A stretch of DNA of 64,000 bases from an uncultured Acidobacteriota bacterium (lineage in GTDB: Bacteria; Acidobacteriota; Thermoanaerobaculia; Thermoanaerobaculales; Sulfomarinibacteraceae): NCBI GenBank assembly GCA_963844845.1, contig CAWJPW010000011.1, positions 384,476 through 448,475 of the forward strand. Direction: 5' to 3'. The position numbers were made by a program, and so were the translations under genes. Of the stretch, positions 37,919 to 47,389 are shown piece after piece; positions within the stretch are counted from its first letter, which is position 1, and each line of letters opens with the position of its first letter. The notes beneath the pieces were generated by a model that made no database searches, was not told the origin of the DNA, and saw only the letters and a list, made by a program, of their open reading frames with translations.

Positions 37919-39199
37919 ATGAAGGTCCCGAGGATCCTCGCCGCAGTGCTCTTCGGCTGTGTGTTGTGCGCCGGTGCCACGGAGTTCACCGTGAACTCGA
38001 CTCTCGACGAGATCGACGCCGTACCCGGCGACAGCAGCTGCTTCTCCACACCGAGCGGCGTGTGCACGCTCCGCGCCGCCATCATGGAGGCGAATGCGTT
38101 GAGCGGCCACGACGACATCACCGTGCCGGCCGGGCACTATGTCCTGTCCCTCACAGGCCTCGAGGAGAACGGCTCGGCAACCGGAGACCTCGACGTCGTG
38201 GAGCCCCTGTTCATCACCGGTGCCGGGATCGGCGCCACCGTCATCGACGCCAACCACATCGACAGGGTCTTCCAGGTCCTCATGGGCGACCTCTCTCTCG
38301 AAGATCTCACCATCCAGAACGGATCCGCCGTAACCTCGGGCTCCGCGAGCGGTGGCGGCATCTACCACGGGGGCAACAACCTCTGGCTCACCCGAGTACG
38401 GCTCACCGGCAACCAGGCCAACGCCGGCGGCGGCCTCCAGGTCGCCCACGAATCGTGGGCGGTTATCCAGGCCAGTACATTCGACCACAACTCCACCGTC
38501 GACCTGGACGTCACCAACCAGTGGGGAGCGGCGGTGCTCAGCAGTGGCACCCTCAGCCTCTCCTCCACCACTGTGACCGCCAACAGCAACGCCGTGGGCG
38601 ACACCGAGGTGGTCTTCCTGGAAAGCTGCAACACCGAGTTCTCGAACATCTTGGACTCGACCATCGCGTTCAACAGCGGCGGCGGCGTGTACGCCTACAA
38701 CTGCAGCCTGACCGTGAGTAACTCGACCATCTACGCCAACTCCGGCTACGGGATCGAGTTCGGCATCTACACCGGGCTGGACTACACCCTGACCGGGAAG
38801 AATTCGATCATTGCCGGCAACAGCCCGTCGGACTGCATCCTGTGGTCCGGAACCATCGCCTTTTCACACAACCTGGACAGTGACAACACCTGCGGGCTCG
38901 AGCTCGCTGCGGGCGACCTGCCGGCCACCGATCCGGTGCTCCTTCCCCTGCGCAACTGGGGCGGGTCCAACCAGAGCCTGTACCCCAAGCCCGGGGCCAG
39001 CCCGGTGATCGACGCCGGCGGGACGAGCTGCACACCCTTCGATCAGCGCCACGTCGCCCGTCCCGTCGACGGCGACGGCAACGGCTCCGCCGTCTGTGAC
39101 ATGGGCGCCATCGAGGCGGGCGACCTCATCCTCTGGGCCGGCCACGAGGCCGGCAACAGCGACGAGTGGTCGTCCACGGCAGGCCTCGCAACGCCCTGA
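37919..39199 (+). CDS. Secreted right-handed parallel beta-helix protein ('choice-of-anchor Q'/Pmp-like repeats)
   Basis: Signal peptide MKVPRILAAVLFGCVLCAGA. CTLRAAIMEANALSGHDDITVPAGHYVLSLTG...GDLDV. Repeated G-rich beta-helix turns (GGGIYHGGNN, NAGGGLQV, SGGGVYAYN). C-terminal CDMGAIE. Confidence 0.7.
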   Translation: MKVPRILAAVLFGCVLCAGATEFTVNSTLDEIDAVPGDSSCFSTPSGVCTLRAAIMEANALSGHDDITVPAGHYVLSLTGLEENGSATGDLDVVEPLFITGAGIGATVIDANHIDRVFQVLMGDLSLEDLTIQNGSAVTSGSASGGGIYHGGNNLWLTRVRLTGNQANAGGGLQVAHESWAVIQASTFDHNSTVDLDVTNQWGAAVLSSGTLSLSSTTVTANSNAVGDTEVVFLESCNTEFSNILDSTIAFNSGGGVYAYNCSLTVSNSTIYANSGYGIEFGIYTGLDYTLTGKNSIIAGNSPSDCILWSGTIAFSHNLDSDNTCGLELAAGDLPATDPVLLPLRNWGGSNQSLYPKPGASPVIDAGGTSCTPFDQRHVARPVDGDGNGSAVCDMGAIEAGDLILWAGHEAGNSDEWSSTAGLATP

Positions 39200-39200
39200 A

Positions 39201-39446
39201 GCGGGCACCGGCTCCCGGGCGGCTCCACCGCCCGTCGGCGCGGTCCCGGGGGCGGCAGCGGCGTGCGCTGCCGCACGGCAACCAGGCCGCCCTCGGGCCC
39301 TCAGCGCCGAGTCGCCTGCCTGGTTGTTTGGGGCGGGTACTCCGGGCGCTTCGGGCCGTCAGTGCCCCCCCGAACACTGTTTCCGCGATCGGGCTGCAAA
39401 TGAGGAAGCGCTCCAGGAAAAGTGTTCGGGACGGCACGTCGTGCGG
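39201..39446 (-). repeat. Copy 3 of the structured dispersed repeat
   Basis: Starts 2 nt after the beta-helix gene stop. Distal hairpin arms are CCCGAACACTGTTTCC (39369-39384) and GGAAAAGTGTTCGGG (39416-39430). Confidence 0.85.
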
Positions 39447-39509
39447 AGGGCCTGTGCTCCGGGACGGGGGGGGCTTCGATGAGCGCCATGGGATTGCTGG
39501 CAGGGGGTT

Positions 39510-39762
39510 CTGCGGGCACCGGCTCCCGGGCGGCGGCTGGCCCGCCGCCCGTCGGCGCGGACCCGAGGGCGGCAACGGCGTGCGCTGCCGCACGGCAACC
39601 AGGCCGCCCTCGGGCCCTCAGCGCCGAGTCGCCTGCCTGGTTGTTTGGGGCCACTGCTCCGGTCGCCAAGGGCCGTGGGAGCCCCCCTTGACGTTTCCCG
39701 CCAACGCACCGCAAGGGAGAGCGCGCTTGAGGGAAGACGTCAAGGACGGCACGCCCGCCGGA
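39510..39762 (-). repeat. Copy 4 of the structured dispersed repeat (direct tandem with copy 3, ~64-nt gap)
   Basis: Distal hairpin arms are CCTTGACGTTTCCC (39686-39699) and GGGAAGACGTCAAGG (39731-39745). Confidence 0.85.
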
Positions 39763-39847
39763 AGGCCTGTGCTTTGGGGCAGTGTTCAGCCTCCTCCGCT
39801 GATTGGGGGCGATTCAGTTGTACGAGGTACTCCGCAGCAACGCGAAG

Positions 39848-39876
39848 GGTGGCGCGCGAAAGTCGCGCGCCTACAC
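39848..39876 (-). repeat. Solitary REP hairpin identical to the array's right-hand REP
   Basis: GGTGGCGCGCGAAAGTCGCGCGCCTACAC, read directly. Confidence 0.8.
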
Positions 39877-40044
39877 AGCATCACACCGCTCCCAACGCGC
39901 TGAGGCTGTACGGGCACGCCGCCCTGGCGCAGCCACGGCCGGACGCGAGGGAGGTGCCGTGCACACGCTCGCGTGTGCAGCGGCGCCGACCGAGTGGCCG
40001 TAGGCCGCGAAGCGGCCGGCGTGCCCCGGCGGCTGCACCGCGCC

Positions 40045-40710
40045 TCAGAGAATCAGCGGCTTCACGAGCGCGCGGACCGGGCTCGCCTCGACGCCCACCA
40101 GGGGCAGAGGCAGGGCGATGAGCAGGTAGAGGCCGTCGTCGACGCCTTCGAGGAGGAGATTCTCGATCCAGGTAAGCCCCGCGGTCGCCAGCGCACGGTG
40201 TGCCGGCAGCTCCTCCGAGTCGAACGGATCCACCGAGGGTGTGTCGACACCCACGAGCTCGACGCCCCGCTCCGCCAGCCACGGCACTAGCTCCGGTGCC
40301 AGCGCGGTGTAGCCGTCCGCCGCACCGGCGCCCGGGGGGCAGCTGCCACTGCGCAGGAGCAGCCGCGGCGCCCGCGGCTGCCAGCCCGCCGGGAGATCCG
40401 CAGGTCCCACGAGCGGTTTGCCACTCCCAACCCCCACAACCTCGGCCCGCCCCAGGAACCGCTCCAGCGAAACCGCCTCCAGCGGAGCCGCCGCGGGATC
40501 CAGGTGCATGGGCGCGTCCACGTGGGTACCCGCATGACACGTCGTCTCGATCCAGGACAGCACTCCCCATCGGGCCCGCTCGGTGTGCAGCCGCACCGGG
40601 TGGTCACCCGGCCACACCGGCGTACCGTCGTGAAGCGGTCGGCTGACATCGCGCCAGCCCCCCTCGAGCAGCGCAGCAAGCGCCCCCACACTCCCGCGAT
40701 CAACAGTCAT
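40045..40710 (-). CDS. Cyclase-family metal hydrolase (kynurenine formamidase-like)
   Basis: From the ATG at 40710: MTVDRGS...LHDGTPVWPGDHPVRL...CHAGTHVDAPMHL...GVELVGVDTPSVDP. The HxGTHxDxPxH motif marks this family. Confidence 0.8.
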   Translation of the reverse strand: MTVDRGSVGALAALLEGGWRDVSRPLHDGTPVWPGDHPVRLHTERARWGVLSWIETTCHAGTHVDAPMHLDPAAAPLEAVSLERFLGRAEVVGVGSGKPLVGPADLPAGWQPRAPRLLLRSGSCPPGAGAADGYTALAPELVPWLAERGVELVGVDTPSVDPFDSEELPAHRALATAGLTWIENLLLEGVDDGLYLLIALPLPLVGVEASPVRALVKPLIL

Positions 40711-40769
40711 TCTCGATCTCCTTGGCCCGCCGGGCGCAAAGCCACCCGTGGCGCATGATATAGTCACCC

Positions 40770-42506
40770 GTGGTCCACATGGGTCCGTTTGCGCGTTTCC
40801 GCTCGAGTCTTACCTATCCCATCGCAGCCACTCTGGTCTTGGTGACGGTGGTACCTGTGGTGGTGGTGGGCCTCCTGCTGGCGCAACAAAACCGCGACTA
40901 CCTCCGCACTCTCGAGAAGCAATACCTGGCTCGTCAGGCCGCCGGCCTCGCCAGCGAGATCTCCCTGTTCTTCGCAGCCCACCGCACCCAGCTGGAGAGC
41001 ACCGCCCGCGCCCTCGAGGCCGGTCCGCCGGTTGACCAGGACTCCGCCGAGGCGCTGCTCCAGGCGATCGCCCGCCGCGACCCGACATTCCTGCACCTGC
41101 AAATCGTCAACCGCAATGGCGCCGGCGCCTACGTGCGCACCCGCGTCCTCTCTGCCGACGCCGAGAGCGCCATCCAAACGGTGATTGACGCGGTCGACAA
41201 GCAGGTCATGGAGGGCGGCACCCCCACCTCGGAACTGCACGTCCGGGTGCCGAGCCTGCGCTCGGGTGTGGCCGTGCTCGCCTACCCGCTGCGCTCATCC
41301 AGCGGCGAGCAGTGGGGCGTGCTGGACGGTGTCGTGGACCTGGGCGCCCTGGAGTCGCGGCTCACCGACTACGCCCTCGGCGGCCTCCTGGTGAGCATCA
41401 TCGACGGAGACGGCGATACCGTCGTCTCGTCGCGGACCGACTTTGTGGGGCGCAGCCTCGCCGCCTCCCCGTTGGTGCACGACTTCCTGCGCAAGCCTCT
41501 GCGCCTGACCCAGGTCTACCCACATCCGCTGGACAACGTCGTCGGCGAGGTGCTCGGCTCAGTGAGCCCCATCGCGTGGCCCGCTTGGGGCGTCGTGGTG
41601 GAGCGCCCCCTGGCCCAGGCCTTCGCGACGGTGCGGGCGATGCAGACCCGCACTCTGGTGGTGACCCTGATCGCGGCGCTGCTCGCCCTCGGCATCGGCC
41701 TCGCGCTGGGTCGCCGACTCCTTCGTCCGATCCAGACGCTGGCCGGCGTCACAACCCAGGTGGCCGAGGGCAATCTCGCGGTCCGCGCCGACGTCCGCGG
41801 CCGCGACGAAATCGCGCGGCTGGCGGGCAACTTCAACCACATGGCCGGAAACGTCGAGGCGTTGGTGCGGCGTCTCAAGCATGCACTGCGGCAGAACCAG
41901 GAGCTCTTCCTCGAGACGATCCGCACCCTGGCCGCAGCCATCGACGCCAAGGATCCCTACACCCGCGGCCACTCGGAGAGGGTGAGCTCGTACTCCATGG
42001 CCGTCGCGCGTCACCTCGGGATGAGCCAGGACGAGGTCTTCACCATCCGCATCGCTGCCATTCTCCACGACGTGGGCAAGCTCGGTATCAAGGACAAGAT
42101 CCTGAACAAGCCCGGCGGGCTCACCGACCAGGAGTACGAGACCATGAAGCAACACCCCGCCATCGGGGCGCAGATCATGGCGCAGATCAGCATGCTGAAG
42201 GACATCATCCCGGGCATCCGCAACCATCACGAGACCTGGGACGGCACGGGCTATCCCGACGCCCTCGCCGGTGAGCAGATTCCCATGGTGGCGCGCATCG
42301 TGTGCGTGGCCGACACCTTCGACGCCATGACCACCACCCGGCCCTACCAGAGGGCGATGCCCGCCGAGCACGTCATGGCCAAGATGCGGGCCATGGCTGG
42401 CACGCGCTTCGACCCCGAGGTCGTCGATGCGTTCTCGGCGGCGGTACGCACCGGCGACATCACCCCGCCGGTGCCGAGGGACCTCCCGGTCCAGGAGGCT
42501 CAATGA
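40770..42506 (+). CDS. HD-GYP domain signalling protein with periplasmic sensor and HAMP domains
   Basis: Two TM segments flank a ~250-aa sensor region. HAMP is PIQTLAGVTTQVAEGNLAVRADVRGRDEIARLAGNFNHM. HD-GYP motifs are HSERVSSYS...LHDVGKLGI...HHETWDGTGYPD. An alternative start is the ATG at 40779. Confidence 0.9.
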   Translation: MVHMGPFARFRSSLTYPIAATLVLVTVVPVVVVGLLLAQQNRDYLRTLEKQYLARQAAGLASEISLFFAAHRTQLESTARALEAGPPVDQDSAEALLQAIARRDPTFLHLQIVNRNGAGAYVRTRVLSADAESAIQTVIDAVDKQVMEGGTPTSELHVRVPSLRSGVAVLAYPLRSSSGEQWGVLDGVVDLGALESRLTDYALGGLLVSIIDGDGDTVVSSRTDFVGRSLAASPLVHDFLRKPLRLTQVYPHPLDNVVGEVLGSVSPIAWPAWGVVVERPLAQAFATVRAMQTRTLVVTLIAALLALGIGLALGRRLLRPIQTLAGVTTQVAEGNLAVRADVRGRDEIARLAGNFNHMAGNVEALVRRLKHALRQNQELFLETIRTLAAAIDAKDPYTRGHSERVSSYSMAVARHLGMSQDEVFTIRIAAILHDVGKLGIKDKILNKPGGLTDQEYETMKQHPAIGAQIMAQISMLKDIIPGIRNHHETWDGTGYPDALAGEQIPMVARIVCVADTFDAMTTTRPYQRAMPAEHVMAKMRAMAGTRFDPEVVDAFSAAVRTGDITPPVPRDLPVQEAQ

Positions 42507-43294
42507 ATCGACCCATAGCACTCCTCCTCACCCTCGCACTCGGTCTCGCCCTCGGCCTCACCGGGTGCGCCTCCGGTGGCGGCCAAACGGGCACGACGGA
42601 GGCCGCCGGCAGGTCCACCGTAGACTCGCTCTATCCCTTCACTCTCATGCGCCAGGGCTCGGCCATGCTGCAGCAGGCACGCTATCCGGATGCCCTCGCC
42701 AAGTTCCAGGAAGCCTCCAGGCTGCAGCCCGGCAACGCCACCACCCACAACATGATCGGCCTGTGCTACCTCAAGATGGAGCAGTACGACAAGGCGGTCG
42801 CGGCGTTCAGCCAGGCTCTCGACCTGGTACCGTCGTTCACCGACGCGCGCAACAACCGGGGCGCGGCCTACCTCGCCCTCCAACAGTACCGCATGGCCGA
42901 GCTGGACTTCATGGCGGTGCTCTCCGACACCACTTACCCCCACCGGTGGGAGGTCTTTTACAACCTCGGGATGACCTACATGCAGCGCGGCGACCTGCTC
43001 GCCGCCGAGGAGAACTTCCGCCGCGCCGCGGACTCGCCCAGCCCGGTCTACCAGGCATTTCTGCGGCTCGCCGATATCGCCGAGCAGCAGGGCCACCCCG
43101 ATGCCGCCATCTCACGCATGGAGCAGGCCCACTTCGCGTTCCCCGACAAGCTCGAGGCGACGCTGCGCCTGGGCCGCCTGCTGATGCAGAACGGGCGCAC
43201 CGAGGAGGCCCGCCCCTACCTCGAGCAGGTCATCTCCGCAGACCCCGGCTCAAGCGCCGCCGACGAGGCCCAGCAGCTGCTCACAGGGAAATGA
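42503..43294 (+). CDS. TPR-repeat lipoprotein
   Basis: From the ATG at 42503 (ATGA overlap with the HD-GYP stop): MNRPIALLLTLALGLALGLTGC (lipobox LTGC), then several TPR units (ALAKFQEASRLQPGNATTHNMIGLCYLKMEQYDKAVAAFSQALDLVPSF...). Confidence 0.8.
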   Translation: MNRPIALLLTLALGLALGLTGCASGGGQTGTTEAAGRSTVDSLYPFTLMRQGSAMLQQARYPDALAKFQEASRLQPGNATTHNMIGLCYLKMEQYDKAVAAFSQALDLVPSFTDARNNRGAAYLALQQYRMAELDFMAVLSDTTYPHRWEVFYNLGMTYMQRGDLLAAEENFRRAADSPSPVYQAFLRLADIAEQQGHPDAAISRMEQAHFAFPDKLEATLRLGRLLMQNGRTEEARPYLEQVISADPGSSAADEAQQLLTGK

Positions 43295-43656
43295 TGCCGT
43301 TCAATTACCTGCTGACGAATCTGCTGGTGGACGTCCCCGCGGCGGTCGGCGCCATCTTTCTCGACGAGGAGGGCGAGACCGTGGACTTCGTGACCCGCTT
43401 CGACGACACCTACGGTCTCAAGGTCGAAGGGGCGTACCACAGCATCTTCAAACGCCTCGTGGAGGAGGCCCTCGCGGCCCTGCCGTTCGGAACCCTGAAG
43501 TCGTACACGGTTGTCAACGAGCAGCTGATCGCGTTGACGCACCTCCTTCCCGGCGGATACTATGTTGTGCTCGTGCTGGAACGCACCGGCTCCCAGGCGC
43601 AGGCGCTCTACCACCTGGGGCGGACGGCCTCGATTCTCGCCCGCGAGCTGGCCTGA
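43291..43656 (+). CDS. Roadblock/LC7 (MglB-like) domain protein
   Basis: 121 aa from the ATG at 43291 (ATGA overlap with the TPR stop): MMPFNYLLTNLLVDVPAAVGAIFLDEEGETVDFV...YYVVLVLE. The size and the 'flD.eGe.vd' pattern fit Roadblock/LC7. Confidence 0.6.
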   Translation: MMPFNYLLTNLLVDVPAAVGAIFLDEEGETVDFVTRFDDTYGLKVEGAYHSIFKRLVEEALAALPFGTLKSYTVVNEQLIALTHLLPGGYYVVLVLERTGSQAQALYHLGRTASILARELA

Positions 43657-43688
43657 CCGGACGCGCTCCAGCCGCTCCTGCCGGGGGT

Positions 43689-44621
43689 GTGATGGCACGG
43701 ATTCTGGACAAGCTCAAGCGCGGTCTGTTCATGACCCACACCGAGTTCCTCGAGAAGGTGGGCGAAGCTTTCCGTCACGAGGGCCCTGTGTCCGACGAGC
43801 AGCTCGATCGGGTGGAGGAGGCGCTCATGGCCGCCGACACCGGGGTCGAGCTGGCGCTGCGGCTCATGGACGAGCTGCGCGGCGCGGTGCGCGCCGGTCG
43901 CATCACCGACGCCGGCGAGCTGCGGCCGGCGTTACGGGCACGCCTGGTGGAGCTGCTGTCTGCCGCCGAGGCCGCGCACCCTGCCATCGCCAACGCGGCG
44001 CCGCCCCGCGTCACCCTGCTGGTGGGCGTCAACGGCACCGGAAAGACCACCACCGCCGCCAAGCTCGCCAAGAGGCGCCGCGAGGCCGGCCAGGAGGTGG
44101 TGCTCGCCGCCGCCGACACCTTCCGGGCGGCTGCGGTGGAGCAGCTCAAGGTGTGGGGCGAGCGGGTGGGCGCCCCGGTCATCCACCAGCGCGAGGGCGC
44201 CGATCCCGCCGCGGTCGTCTTCGACGCCATCGCCACCGCCCGCGCCCGAGGGGCGGCCGAGGTCCTGGTAGACACCGCCGGGCGTCTCCACACCCGCACC
44301 AACCTGATGAACGAGCTGGAGAAGGTGCGTCGCGTGGTGGCCCGGGAAGTGGCCGACGCCCCACACGAGGTCCTGCTCGTGCTGGATGCCACCACCGGCT
44401 CCAACGGCATCGAGCAGGCGCAGCGTTTCGGCGCCACCGCCGGGGTGACCGGCGTGGTGCTCACCAAGCTCGACGGCACCGCCAAGGGCGGTGTGATCCT
44501 GGCCATCGCCGACCAACTCAACCTGCCCGTACGGTGGGTCGGCGTGGGCGAGGGGGTGGACGACCTCCTCCCCTTCCACTCCGAGGAGTTCGTAGATGCC
44601 CTTCTCGACCTCGAGCGTTGA
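43689..44621 (+). CDS. ftsY: Signal recognition particle receptor
   Basis: GVNGTGKTTTAAKLA, AADTFRAAAVEQL, DTAGRLH, LTKLDGTAKGG. Confidence 0.95.
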   Translation: MMARILDKLKRGLFMTHTEFLEKVGEAFRHEGPVSDEQLDRVEEALMAADTGVELALRLMDELRGAVRAGRITDAGELRPALRARLVELLSAAEAAHPAIANAAPPRVTLLVGVNGTGKTTTAAKLAKRRREAGQEVVLAAADTFRAAAVEQLKVWGERVGAPVIHQREGADPAAVVFDAIATARARGAAEVLVDTAGRLHTRTNLMNELEKVRRVVAREVADAPHEVLLVLDATTGSNGIEQAQRFGATAGVTGVVLTKLDGTAKGGVILAIADQLNLPVRWVGVGEGVDDLLPFHSEEFVDALLDLER

Positions 44622-44662
44622 GCCAGACCTGCCGGCCACGCCGCCGTCGACGGAATCTGCCG

Positions 44663-45787
44663 GTGTCTGAGCCCGACGCCGCCTGGATGGCTCGGGCAGT
44701 GGAGCTCGCTGAGCTCGGCCGCTGCGGCGCGTCACCCAACCCGATGGTGGGCGCGGTGGTGCTGGATCGCCATGGCGAGCTCGTCGGCGAAGGCTACCAC
44801 GCCCGTTTCGGCGGCCCCCACGCCGAGGTGACGGCCCTGGCGCATGCGGGCGAACGGGCGGAGGGGGGCACCCTCGTCGTGACCCTCGAGCCCTGCGCCC
44901 ACCACGGCAAGACCCCTCCCTGTGTGGAGGCGGTCCTCGCAGCCGGAATCAGCCGTGTGGTCGTGGCGGTGCGTGATCCCCACCACAAGGCCGCCGGCGG
45001 CATCGAGCGCCTCGAATCCGCGGGCGTGGAGGTGACGGTGGGTCTCGATGCGGCGAACGCACGCCGCGTCAACCGCCGCTGGCTGCGGTGGGCGGAGCGG
45101 GGGAGACCGTGGATCACCCTCAAGGCGGCGGTGTCACTGGACGGGCGCATCGCCACCCGCACCGGCGAGTCACAGTGGATCACCGGTGAGCCCGCCCGGC
45201 AGCGCGGTCTCGAGCTGCGCGAGGAGCACGACGCCATCCTGGTGGGGGTCGGGACCGTCCTCGCCGACGACCCGCGCCTCACCCGCCGTCTCGGCCGCAA
45301 CCCGTCGTCACGCTGGTTGCGGGTGGTGCTGGACTCGCGGCTGCGCACTCCTCCAACTGCGCGGGTGGTGCGCGAGCATCCGGCGGCGACGCTGGTGGTG
45401 CACACCGCCGCCGCCCCCGCGGCGGCGCGCACCGCGCTCGCAGGAACCGGCGTGCGCCTGCTCGAGCTGGCCGCCGACGCCGATGGCCGGGTCGCCGTCA
45501 CCCCCCTGGTCGAGGCGCTGGCGCGCGAGCCGGTGGCGGCGCTGCTGGTGGAGGGCGGCGGCCGCGTACACGGCACGTTCGTCGATCACGACCTGGTGGA
45601 CGAGACGGTGCTCTTCGTGGCGCCCATGCTGCTCGGCGGCACTACGGCCCCGGCAGCGGTGGCCGGCACCGGCGTGGCCGCCCTGGCCGACGCCAGACGC
45701 TTGAGCTTTGAAGCCGCCGTGCGCCACGGCGAGGACCTGGAGCTGCGCGCGGTGGTGCGCGAGGAGGCGGCATGTTCACCGGCCTGA
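44663..45787 (+). CDS. ribD: Bifunctional riboflavin-biosynthesis deaminase/reductase
   Basis: From the GTG at 44663 (or the ATG at 44687): MARAVELAELGRCGASPNPMVGAVV...GGPHAEVTAL...TLEPCAHHGKTPPC...KAAVSLDGRIA. The track ORF from 43562 is over-extended. Confidence 0.9.
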   Translation: MSEPDAAWMARAVELAELGRCGASPNPMVGAVVLDRHGELVGEGYHARFGGPHAEVTALAHAGERAEGGTLVVTLEPCAHHGKTPPCVEAVLAAGISRVVVAVRDPHHKAAGGIERLESAGVEVTVGLDAANARRVNRRWLRWAERGRPWITLKAAVSLDGRIATRTGESQWITGEPARQRGLELREEHDAILVGVGTVLADDPRLTRRLGRNPSSRWLRVVLDSRLRTPPTARVVREHPAATLVVHTAAAPAAARTALAGTGVRLLELAADADGRVAVTPLVEALAREPVAALLVEGGGRVHGTFVDHDLVDETVLFVAPMLLGGTTAPAAVAGTGVAALADARRLSFEAAVRHGEDLELRAVVREEAACSPA

Positions 45788-46413
45788 TCGAGAGCGTCGG
45801 AAGGGTCCGCCGCCTGGTCCGGGCGAGCGGCGGGGCGCGTCTGGAAGTAGCTGCAACCTGGCCCGATGCCGAGGCGCCGCGCCATGGTGACAGCGTGGCG
45901 GTGAACGGCGCCTGCCTCACCGTGCTCGAGCCGAGCGCCGACGGCTTCGTCGCCGACGTCTCGCCGGAGACCCTCGCGCGCACTCTGCTGGGCGACGTAC
46001 GTCCGGGTGACGGGCTCAACCTCGAGCGAGCCCTGCGGCTGAGCCAGCGCCTCGGCGGACATCTGGTGCAAGGGCACGTGGACGCCGTGGTCCGCGTCCT
46101 GGAGATCCGAACCGAGGGCGCGTTCTCACGCTGGCGGGTGACGCTGCCGGCCGAGCATGCCCGCGAGGTGGCGCCCAAGGGCAGCGTGGCCCTGCACGGG
46201 GTCTCCCTCACCGTGGCCGAGCTCGGCCGTGACTGGTTCGAGGTGGCGCTCATCCCGGAGACGCTGCGCGCCACGGTGCTGGACGGCCTGCGGCCCGGCG
46301 CCAAACTGCACCTCGAGACCGATATGCTGGCCAAGTACGTGCTGCGGGCAGTGGGGCCGGAGCGTGCTTCCGCGCTGTGGGAAGCATTCGGCGGGGAGAG
46401 CCCCGGTGCGTAG
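45772..46413 (+). CDS. ribE: Riboflavin synthase
   Basis: MFTGLIESVGRV...GDSVAVNGACLTV...GGHLVQGHVD...GSVALHGVSLTV. The internal duplication typical of riboflavin synthase is visible. Confidence 0.9.
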   Translation: MFTGLIESVGRVRRLVRASGGARLEVAATWPDAEAPRHGDSVAVNGACLTVLEPSADGFVADVSPETLARTLLGDVRPGDGLNLERALRLSQRLGGHLVQGHVDAVVRVLEIRTEGAFSRWRVTLPAEHAREVAPKGSVALHGVSLTVAELGRDWFEVALIPETLRATVLDGLRPGAKLHLETDMLAKYVLRAVGPERASALWEAFGGESPGA

Positions 46414-47389
46414 GATCGAGCCCGCCTTCCTCGACCTCTTCCCGGTGACCCACGTGCTGCGCCCGGGCTACCTACCCGGCCCCAAGGTCTCCCTCGACCC
46501 GCTGCGCATGGGCATCGCCTGGGAGGACGCTCCGCTGCGCGTGCTGCCGTCGCACGACTCACTGCCTCGCCAGCCGGTACGGGCGCTCGCCTTCGCTCGG
46601 GTGGCGGCCGCGCGTCGTCAGGCAGTGACAGCGTTCCTCGAGACCGGCGGGGCGATGCTCGTGGTGATCGACGACCCCTCCCTGACACCGGCCGACGTGG
46701 GAGTCCCAGACGACGACGGTAACCGCGTTACGGGGCTCCTGCCGGTGCTGCCCTCGCCCCTGGCCGACCAGGTCAGGCTCCCCGACGCCTGGAGCGGGAA
46801 GCAGTGGGGCGCGGTGCTGGGTCTCTTTCCCTTTCCCGGCGCCGCCGCCGAGGCCGAGCAGCGGATCACGGCGCTGCAGCGTGCCGGCGCCACGTTTGCG
46901 GTGGCGGCGCCGCTGCTGCTCACCCCCAAGGACCGCCACCGCATCCTCGACGGCTGCGAGGGCGCCGGCCTCGAGGACCGCCTGGAGAACTCCCTTTTCC
47001 ATGCCGACGTGAGCCGCGGCCTGCACGCCCTCGAGCGTCGCGTGGGGGTCACCCTGCACACCCTCGGCATGGAGGCGGTCATCCCGTCGCTGGTGCCGCG
47101 CGGCTTCAACGCCGGGGCGATACGCACGTCCGCCCGCCTGCGCCTGTGGGCGCGGCGCCTCGACCAGTGCTACGAGGAGAGTTCCTGGGGCTGGCGCCTG
47201 CGCCGGGCGGCGGCCGCGCTGGAACCGGTGGCCACCGATCCCCACGTTCTCGCTGAGGAGGACAACCTGCGGGTGATCCCCGGCTTCGACCCGTGGGTGG
47301 AGAGCTTCACACGCTCGCTGTGGGACCACGGCGAACCATGGGCCTCGGCCTGGCTGCGCTGGTCGGCGCTGGACGGCCAGCCCCGGTGA
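46406..47389 (+). CDS. Hypothetical protein (no recognisable motif)
   Basis: 327 aa from the GTG at 46406, overlapping the ribE stop. Its stop overlaps the next start (GTGA at 47386). GC3-biased. No motif could be assigned by eye. Confidence 0.55.
   Translation: MRRIEPAFLDLFPVTHVLRPGYLPGPKVSLDPLRMGIAWEDAPLRVLPSHDSLPRQPVRALAFARVAAARRQAVTAFLETGGAMLVVIDDPSLTPADVGVPDDDGNRVTGLLPVLPSPLADQVRLPDAWSGKQWGAVLGLFPFPGAAAEAEQRITALQRAGATFAVAAPLLLTPKDRHRILDGCEGAGLEDRLENSLFHADVSRGLHALERRVGVTLHTLGMEAVIPSLVPRGFNAGAIRTSARLRLWARRLDQCYEESSWGWRLRRAAAALEPVATDPHVLAEEDNLRVIPGFDPWVESFTRSLWDHGEPWASAWLRWSALDGQPR

Noticed and set aside
44622-44662. FMN riboswitch expected upstream of ribD.
   Set aside because: Only ~41 nt separate the ftsY stop from the ribD start. 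That is too short for an FMN element, and none of its conserved segments were seen.
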